Assembly (NCBI GenBank): GCA_035285125.1
Contig: JAYKHR010000107.1
Location: forward strand, 1-12,968
Direction of reading: 5' to 3'
Length of the DNA: 12,968 nt
Source of the DNA: Candidatus Sericytochromatia bacterium
Lineage (GTDB): Bacteria; Cyanobacteriota; Sericytochromatia; S15B-MN24; JAQBPE01
The stretch's first letter is position 1. Every line of letters begins with the position of its first letter. The position numbers and the translations under genes were made by a program. Below are positions 1 to 6,390 of this stretch, piece by piece. The notes under the pieces were generated by a model. It worked only from the letters and a program-made list of their open reading frames with translations, had not been told where the DNA came from and did no database searches.

Positions 1-2606
1 GGCGTGCCGGCCTGGTTGACGGGCCGGGTGCCGCCCAGGAAGAAGTCGCCCTGCGGCCGGCCGAGGTTCAGGCCGAGCGTGCCGCGCATCGCGACCACGT
101 GGTGGGTCCAGGGCAGCCCCCAGAAGCGCCGGTGATCGAGGAAGCCCCGGTAGTAGTCGACCTCCGAGCCCAGCCAGGGGTGCGCCACCTCCAGGCCCCA
201 GGACCCCAGCGAGCCGTACTCGGGCGAGATCGAGTAGCCGAAGCGGCCGTTGTCGTTGAAGCGGTAGGCGTAGCTGATGCTGTGGCTGCGACCCGGCGGT
301 GGGATGAGGTTGGTGCCCTCCAGCGGCTTGCGCTCGCTCGCGGGGGAGAGGTCCTGGATGAGGCGCACGTTGAGGTTCAGGGCATGCACGTCGCCCACCT
401 GGTAGCTCGCGTTCGTGAGGGGGGAGGGCAGGTTGTTCCACCCGATGCCGGCCGTCAGCGTGGCGAAACGCTGCATCGGCGTGAGGGTCGTCCCGTCTCG
501 CAGCGGCACGTTGTAGCGGTTGGGGAAGACCGAGGCCAGCGCGTTCCAGTTGATGTCGTACTGCGTGTTCTGGTAGAGGAACGTGCCCACGGCGCGGTCG
601 AGCGGGTTCATCGCCACCGCCTCGCCCGTCTCGCGGTCCACCCAGCCGTCGCCCTGCAGGCCCCAGCCGAGGTGGGCGAAGTAGAGGTTCGTGAGCAGCA
701 CGTCGTAGCCCAGCGTGAACGCCCCGATCGAGGCGGGGTTGGCCTGGTAGAGCGGCAGCCAGAGCTTGGGCAGGAGCGAGACGGCGGGGCTGTAGGGGCT
801 GGACAGCGTGGGCCCCGTGAGCCGGGGCGGGGGCTCCGTCTGCCGCAGTTCTTGCTGGGGCGCCGGCGCTGCAGCCCACGTTGCGGGGTCGAGCGGCAGC
901 GTGTGGATGTCCCACCCGAAGCCGCGGCAGTAGCTCACGGCCAGCTCCTTGCCGTCGGGCCGGACGGCGGGCTCGCACACGCCCGTGAGCACGTTCGTCA
1001 CGCGGAAGAGCGCGCGGGCGCGCCAGTCGTAGGCGAAGATGTTGTACACGCCCCCGTCCCGGTCGGAGGCGAACACGAGGTGGCGCTGGTCCGGCGTCCA
1101 CACCGGGCCCGTGTCCACGGCGTCGTCGCGCCAGAGCTGCTCCACGCGCCATGTCGTGGTGTCGACCAGGTACAGGTCGCGCGTGCCCTTGTGCCAGGCC
1201 GAGAACACGGCCTGCTTGCCGTCCGGGCTCCAGCGCGGGGCCGTGATCTGGGCCTCGTCGGGCCAGGCCGTCACCTCGCGGAGCTGGCGCCCCTGGGCGT
1301 CGAGCAGCAGCAGGTGGCTCTGGCCGCGGCCGCCGCGCACCGCGAGCAGCCGCTGGCCGTCCGGGCTGATGCCTGGCTGCGAGATGCGCGCGTACTCCGT
1401 CAGCGGCGTGGTGGTGTGGGTGTCGAGGTCGTGGCGGAAGACGTCGTCGAAGCTGGAGTAGTTGTTGCGGCCCCGGCTCTCCGAGTAGAACATCGACCGG
1501 CCGTCGCGGGAGAGGTCGAAGGCGCCCGTCTGGCTCTTGCGGGCGAGCTTCTCCAGCACGGGCTGGCCGTGGCGCGTGCCGCGCAGGGCCACCAGGTTCG
1601 GGGCGCCGTGGCGCAGGCCCTCGACGAACACCAGCGTGCCGTCGGGCAGCCAGGCGGGGTGGCGGTGGTGCATGCCCGTCGTGGTCACGGGGCGCGTCAG
1701 CGTCACGGGGCGGCGGCGGATCACCTCGAGCTGGGCTGCGCTGCGGCGACGCAGCCAGAGGCTCATCTCGTCCCAGATCTGCATCGCGTCGCGCCCGGGC
1801 AGCACCTCTGCCACGGCGTGGTCGATGCCGAGCCACGGCGACCGGGCGTAGGCATGGGCGATCGCGGGGGGCTTGTCTGCGCCGTAGCGCTCGACGATGT
1901 AGCGGTAGAAGTAAGTGCCGTAGACGTAGCAGGCGTCGCCTGAGGGAAACTCCGTCAGGTGGTAGGTGCCGACCTGGTCGATCGACAGCTGCCGGCCCTC
2001 GAGGGCGTCGGCGCGCAGGTACATATCAAAGTACGATTCGTGCCCGCGCCCCCCGAGCCCGTCGTTGGTGTAGAGCGACTCCACCGTCACGGCGAGCCCC
2101 TCGATCAGGAAGGGCGGCTGCCACATGTTCGGGAACAGGAAGCGTCCGAAGACCTTGTTCAGCCCTGCCGCGACCCCCTCGACCGTCTCGAAGTGCAGCG
2201 TGTGCGTGTACTCGTGGGTGATGACCATCTTGAGCCAGTCGTCGTAGCGGCCCCAGAGGTAGTCCGAGTCCGGCGCCGTCAGGTTCACGTAGATGCAGTT
2301 GTTGACGTACGGCAGCGCCATGCCCCCAGGGCTGTCTTCGTGGTCGAACAGCGTGAGCTCCGTCTTCTGGGTGGGGGTGGCGCCCATGTACCGGGAGACG
2401 CGCTCGTGGGCCTCCTCCGCGAAGGCTGCGGCTTTGCGCGCGATGGCGTCGTAGCCCTCCTGGTAGTTGACCCGGAAGTGCTTCGTCTCCAAGGTGTACA
2501 GGCGCACGGTGGGATCGAGCGTCGCGGCCACCGCAGGCGCGGGGGCCGCCAGGCAGGTGGCGGCCAGGGCGAGGCCCAGAAGGGAGAGGCGGTGGCGGGG
2601 GGGCAT
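1..2606 (-). CDS. Secreted HEXXH metallopeptidase / TolB-like (PD40) beta-propeller / Omp85-type beta-barrel protein, paralog A (3' end truncated by the window edge; not in the ORF track)
   Basis: Manual translation from ATG 2606: MPPRHRLSLLGLALAATCLAAPAPAVA-ATLDPTVRLYTLETKHFRVNY (signal peptide). It continues THEYTH (HEYTH at 2202-2216), FLIEGLA, YVYG, then propeller repeats (PAWLPDG, PGISPDG, PRWSPDG, PVWTPDQ, PAVRPDG), then barrel strands (YSISPEYG...LPWTHHVVAMRGTLGLNLG...GDFFLGG) open to base 1. The frame matched at 2604, 2202, 2022 and 1-300. Collinear with the 6381..9317 protein. Confidence 0.92.
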   Translation of the reverse strand, partial: MPPRHRLSLLGLALAATCLAAPAPAVAATLDPTVRLYTLETKHFRVNYQEGYDAIARKAAAFAEEAHERVSRYMGATPTQKTELTLFDHEDSPGGMALPYVNNCIYVNLTAPDSDYLWGRYDDWLKMVITHEYTHTLHFETVEGVAAGLNKVFGRFLFPNMWQPPFLIEGLAVTVESLYTNDGLGGRGHESYFDMYLRADALEGRQLSIDQVGTYHLTEFPSGDACYVYGTYFYRYIVERYGADKPPAIAHAYARSPWLGIDHAVAEVLPGRDAMQIWDEMSLWLRRRSAAQLEVIRRRPVTLTRPVTTTGMHHRHPAWLPDGTLVFVEGLRHGAPNLVALRGTRHGQPVLEKLARKSQTGAFDLSRDGRSMFYSESRGRNNYSSFDDVFRHDLDTHTTTPLTEYARISQPGISPDGQRLLAVRGGRGQSHLLLLDAQGRQLREVTAWPDEAQITAPRWSPDGKQAVFSAWHKGTRDLYLVDTTTWRVEQLWRDDAVDTGPVWTPDQRHLVFASDRDGGVYNIFAYDWRARALFRVTNVLTGVCEPAVRPDGKELAVSYCRGFGWDIHTLPLDPATWAAAPAPQQELRQTEPPPRLTGPTLSSPYSPAVSLLPKLWLPLYQANPASIGAFTLGYDVLLTNLYFAHLGWGLQGDGWVDRETGEAVAMNPLDRAVGTFLYQNTQYDINWNALASVFPNRYNVPLRDGTTLTPMQRFATLTAGIGWNNLPSPLTNASYQVGDVHALNLNVRLIQDLSPASERKPLEGTNLIPPPGRSHSISYAYRFNDNGRFGYSISPEYGSLGSWGLEVAHPWLGSEVDYYRGFLDHRRFWGLPWTHHVVAMRGTLGLNLGRPQGDFFLGGTRPVNQAGT

Positions 2607-2725
2607 GGGGGCCTGGCTGGAGAGACGGACGCCCCCTTCTTGCCCACCCTGGCCAGGGGTTAACCGTGGGGACGCCGTTGGCCACCCCATGCTTTACTGG
2701 GGGTGGAACACGCGGGGGAGAGGCC

Positions 2726-4735
2726 TTGGGGGGGATCAGCGTCGGCACGGGGCGGCTCGGGCAGGTGGCCATGGTGGCCGCCGGCTACGTGCTGCTGGGC
2801 TGGCTGGGCAACCAGATGGCCCTGCAGCCCAGCTACGTGGCCGTGCTCTGGCCGGCTGCCGGCCTGAGCCTCGCCGCCGTGCTGGCGTTCGGGGCTGGCG
2901 TCTGGCCCGGGATCTGGCTCGGCGCGGCGCTGCAGGCCCTGCAATCCTTCGTGCCCTCGCTGGGGTGGCCGGGGGCCCTGCTCGTGGCCGCCTCCCTGGG
3001 CACGGGGTCCGCCCTGCATGCCGTGGTGGGGGGCTGGCTGCTCCGGCGCCGGGGCTTCCGGGCGGAGTTCGACCGCGCCGAGGACGTGTTCAGCCTGCTC
3101 GTGTTGGGGGGCCTGCTGGCGTGCGTGATCAGCGCCACCCTGGGCGTTGCGGCCTTTCTTGCCGTGGGCCTGGATCTGGTCGGGGAGGCCCCCGAGGGCT
3201 GGCTCGTGTGGTGGCTGGGTGACACGCTGGGGGTGGTGCTGGTGGCCCCCATCTGCCTGCTTGCCCCCCGCCTGGCCGAGGCGGACCCCATCAGCCACCT
3301 GGAGCGGGTGGCTTTGCTGGCGGCTCTGGGGCTCGTGGCAGGGGCGAACTTCATTGGCTGGCTGCCCGTGCCCCTCTTGTTCGTGCCCCTGCTGCTGTGG
3401 GCGGCCCTGCGCCTCGCGCCGGCCCGGGCCGTGCTCGCCGTCGTCTCGGTGTCGGGGCTGGTGGTGGTGGCGACGCGGCTTGGGCTGGGGCCCTTCAACG
3501 AGCCGTCGCGCCTCGAGAGGGCGCGCTCGCTGCAGCGCTTCCTGGGGACGGTCTCGGTGCCCGTGCTGGCGCTGGTCGCGGCGCTGGCCGCGCGGCGGCG
3601 CGTCGAGGCGGAGCTGCGCAGCAGCTCGCTGCTGCTGCAGGCCGTGATCGAGAACATCCCGGACGTGCTGTTCCTGAAGTCCCACCCCGACATGCGCTAC
3701 GTGCTGGTCAACAGGGCGTACGAGCGCCAGCTCGGCACGCCGCGGGAGGCCGTGGTGGGTCTGGTGGACGCCCAGCTCTTCCCCGCCGAGCTGGCGGCCT
3801 ACTTCGCCGAGCAGGACCGCGGGGTGCTCGCCAGCGGACAGCTCCTCGACGTGCCTGCCGAGCCCGTTGAGACTCGCCACGGCCCGATCTGGTTCCACAC
3901 CAAGAAGGTGCCCGTGCACGACGGGCCGGGCGGGCCCCGGTACCTGCTGGGCATCGCCGAGGACATCACGGCCCTGCGGGCGGCCCGCGCCGAGATCGAG
4001 AGCCTCAACCGCCAGCTCGCGCAGCGGGTGGAGGCGCTCGAGGCGGCCTATGCGGAGCTTGAGACCTTCACCTACACGGTCTCCCACGACCTTCGCGCCC
4101 CCGTGCGGGCCATCGACGGCTTCGCGCAGGCGCTGCGCGACGGCTACGCGGACCAGCTCGACGAGCGAGGCCGGCGGTGGCTCAACCACGTCGGCGCCGG
4201 GGCCCAGCGGCTCGGGTTGCTGATCGACGACTCGCTACAGCTCGCCCGGGTCTCCCGCCGGGAGCTCACCATCACGGACGTGGACTTCTCCGCGCTCGCG
4301 CGCGCCATCGCGGGCGAGCTCGCGACGGCCGAGCCGGGCCGCCGCGTCGTCTGGGACATCCAGCCGGGCCTGGTGGTGCGGGGAGACGAGGGCCTGCTGC
4401 GGATCCTGCTGACGAACCTGCTGGGCAACGCCTGGAAGTTCTCGCGCCAGTGCGACCCCGCCCACATCACGCTGCGCTGCCTGGAGGCCGGAGGGGACCG
4501 CGTGTTCGAGGTCGCCGACGATGGGGCCGGCTTCGACATGGCCTACGCGGACAAGCTCTTCAAGCCCTTCTCGCGCCTCCACGGTGACGAGGAGTTCGAG
4601 GGCACGGGCGTGGGCCTCGCCACCGTGGCCCGGGTGGTGCAGCGCCATGGCGGCACCATCACGGCGGAGGGCCGGGTGAATGGGGGCGCCACCTTCCGGT
4701 TCACGCTGGATGGCCACGGGGGGGGCGTGTCGTGA
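2726..4735 (+). CDS. Membrane sensor histidine kinase: MASE1 - PAS - HisKA - HATPase_c
   Basis: N-terminal multi-TM region with MASE1 hallmarks (LWPAAG, WPGIWLGA, WWLGDTLGVVLVAP); PAS domain (IENIPD..FLK..RYVLVNRAYE..G); H-box SHDLRAP; N-box NLLGNAWKF; G1 DDGAGFD; F-box LFKPF; G2 GTGVGLA. The ORF is open from GTG 2666; TTG 2726 is preferred because GGGGGAGAGG lies just upstream. ATG 2772 is an alternative, so the start is uncertain. Confidence 0.93.
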   Translation: MGGISVGTGRLGQVAMVAAGYVLLGWLGNQMALQPSYVAVLWPAAGLSLAAVLAFGAGVWPGIWLGAALQALQSFVPSLGWPGALLVAASLGTGSALHAVVGGWLLRRRGFRAEFDRAEDVFSLLVLGGLLACVISATLGVAAFLAVGLDLVGEAPEGWLVWWLGDTLGVVLVAPICLLAPRLAEADPISHLERVALLAALGLVAGANFIGWLPVPLLFVPLLLWAALRLAPARAVLAVVSVSGLVVVATRLGLGPFNEPSRLERARSLQRFLGTVSVPVLALVAALAARRRVEAELRSSSLLLQAVIENIPDVLFLKSHPDMRYVLVNRAYERQLGTPREAVVGLVDAQLFPAELAAYFAEQDRGVLASGQLLDVPAEPVETRHGPIWFHTKKVPVHDGPGGPRYLLGIAEDITALRAARAEIESLNRQLAQRVEALEAAYAELETFTYTVSHDLRAPVRAIDGFAQALRDGYADQLDERGRRWLNHVGAGAQRLGLLIDDSLQLARVSRRELTITDVDFSALARAIAGELATAEPGRRVVWDIQPGLVVRGDEGLLRILLTNLLGNAWKFSRQCDPAHITLRCLEAGGDRVFEVADDGAGFDMAYADKLFKPFSRLHGDEEFEGTGVGLATVARVVQRHGGTITAEGRVNGGATFRFTLDGHGGGVS

Positions 4736-6390
4736 CGGATCGACCCTTGCACGTCCTGCTGGTGGAGGACTCGCCCGCCGATGCCGAGCTGCTGCAGCTG
4801 CGCCTCGAACGGGGCGGCTTCGAGGTGGCCCTGAGCCGCGTGAGCACGGGGGAGGAGCTGGCGGCCGCCTTGCGCGAGGGCGGCCCCTGGGACCTCGTGG
4901 TCGCGGACTACCAGCTGCCGCGCTTCGGCGGCCTGGAGGCCATCGGGCTGGTGCGAGCCAGCGGGCTCGATTTGCCGATCATCGTCGTCTCGGGCGTGAT
5001 TGGCGAGGATGCCGCCGTGGCCGCGCTCAAGGCCGGGGCGCACGACTTCGTGCGCAAGGACAACATGGCCCGGCTGGTGCCGGCCATCGAGCGCGAGCTG
5101 CGCGAGGCGCGGGAGCGCGCCGCCCGGCGTGCGGCCGAGGAGGCCGTCCGGCTCGGCAACGAGCGCCTGCGCCTCCTTGCCGAGATCAGCCACGCCTTTG
5201 CCGAGGCCGCCCCCGACTTCCGCAGGCTCGTCGGCGTCGTGGGGGAGCGGCTCGCCCGCGTGCTCGACGCCGTCTGTGTGATCCAGTTCGTGCCCGGCTC
5301 CGATGGCCAGGCCGAGGCCCCCGTGCTCGTCGGCTTCACGCCCGAGGTGCTGGGTGAGACCCGGCGCGCGGCGGCGCTGCAGCCAGGCACGGGCTCGCTG
5401 CGGCCTCCTGTCGAGGGGGTGCCTGTCGGCTGGGCGGCCCTGCTCGGCAGCCGCCGCCCGGGGGCGGTCTTCATCGCCCCGATGCGCGCGCGGGGCCGCA
5501 CCCTCGGCACCGTCACGCTCACGCGGGTGTCCGGGGCACCCTTCTCGGAGGCCGACACCCGGCTGGCCCAGGACCTCGCGGACCGCGCCGCGCTCGCCAT
5601 CGACAACGCCAAGCTCTACGCCCACCTCGAGGAGCGCGTGGCCGCCCGCACGGCCGAGCTGGAGGAGGCCAACGCCAGGCTGCGCGAGTTGGATCGGCTC
5701 AAGGGCAACTTCGTCAGCTCCGTCTCGCACGAGCTGCGGACGCCTCTCACCACGGTGCTCGGCTACGCCGAATTCCTCGAAGACGGCGTCGCCGGCCCCC
5801 TCACCGAGGAGCAGCTGGCCTTCGTGCACCAGATCCAGGCGAGCACGGCGCGGCTGCAGCGGCTCGTGGACGATCTGCTGGATTTCGCGCGCATCGACGC
5901 CGGCACCTTCACCCTGCGGCGGGAGCCCCGGGATGTCTGCGCCCTGCTGGAGGGCGTCGCCTCGAGCCTCCGGCCGATGGTCGAGGAGGCGCAGCTTCGG
6001 CTCTCGCTGGCGTGTGCCGCGGCGCCCTGCGTCGCGGTGGTCGACGCCCAGCGCCTCGAGCAGGTGCTCACGAACCTCATCACCAACGCGACGAAGTTCA
6101 CCCCGGCGGGCGGCGTGATCACGGCCTCCGTGGGCGCGGAGGGTGGGCTGGTGCGCGTCGAGGTGCGGGACACCGGCACGGGCATCGCGCCCGAGGACCT
6201 GCCCCGCCTGTTCCAGCGCTTCAGCCAGCTCAACCACCTCAAGGGCGGCACGGGGCTGGGGTTGTCGATCAGCCGCGCGCTGGTGGAGGCGCACGGCGGG
6301 CAGATGGGCGTGACGAGCGAGCCGGGGCAGGGCGCCTGCTTCTGGTTCACCCTGCCTGCCGACGGGGGTGCCCCGGCGCCTCAGAAGTAG
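4732..6390 (+). CDS. Hybrid histidine kinase: REC - GAF-like - HisKA - HATPase_c
   Basis: Receiver motifs LLVEDS, VVADY (phosphoacceptor Asp), IVVSG and VRKD. GAF-like segment ending PMRARGRTLGTVTL...FSEADTRLAQDLADRAALAIDNA. H-box SHELRTP; N-box NLITNATKFT; DTGTGI; LFQRF; GTGLGL. GTGA start/stop overlap with the upstream kinase at 4732-4735. Confidence 0.95.
   Translation: MTDRPLHVLLVEDSPADAELLQLRLERGGFEVALSRVSTGEELAAALREGGPWDLVVADYQLPRFGGLEAIGLVRASGLDLPIIVVSGVIGEDAAVAALKAGAHDFVRKDNMARLVPAIERELREARERAARRAAEEAVRLGNERLRLLAEISHAFAEAAPDFRRLVGVVGERLARVLDAVCVIQFVPGSDGQAEAPVLVGFTPEVLGETRRAAALQPGTGSLRPPVEGVPVGWAALLGSRRPGAVFIAPMRARGRTLGTVTLTRVSGAPFSEADTRLAQDLADRAALAIDNAKLYAHLEERVAARTAELEEANARLRELDRLKGNFVSSVSHELRTPLTTVLGYAEFLEDGVAGPLTEEQLAFVHQIQASTARLQRLVDDLLDFARIDAGTFTLRREPRDVCALLEGVASSLRPMVEEAQLRLSLACAAAPCVAVVDAQRLEQVLTNLITNATKFTPAGGVITASVGAEGGLVRVEVRDTGTGIAPEDLPRLFQRFSQLNHLKGGTGLGLSISRALVEAHGGQMGVTSEPGQGACFWFTLPADGGAPAPQK

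Noticed and set aside
2041..2060. Suspected frameshift in paralog A at a C-run
   Set aside because: Recounting gives GGG CTC GGG GGG CGC GGG CAC (GLGGRGH); the frame is intact.
99..2663. Plus-strand ORFs 99..1943 (614 aa) and 1959..2663
   Set aside because: Exact antisense shadows of the real minus-strand paralog A frame; V/G/E/R-rich composition typical of reverse-complemented high-GC genes.
2658..2698. GGTTAACC palindrome and TGCTTTACT -10-like motif in the divergent region
   Set aside because: The palindrome is only 8 bp with unpaired flanks, and the hexamer lacks the conserved second-position A; too weak to call.
2597..4725. G7 (2597-2603) and G8 (4718-4725) tracts as phase-variation sites
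   Set aside because: Runs of this length are expected at this GC content and both genes are in frame.
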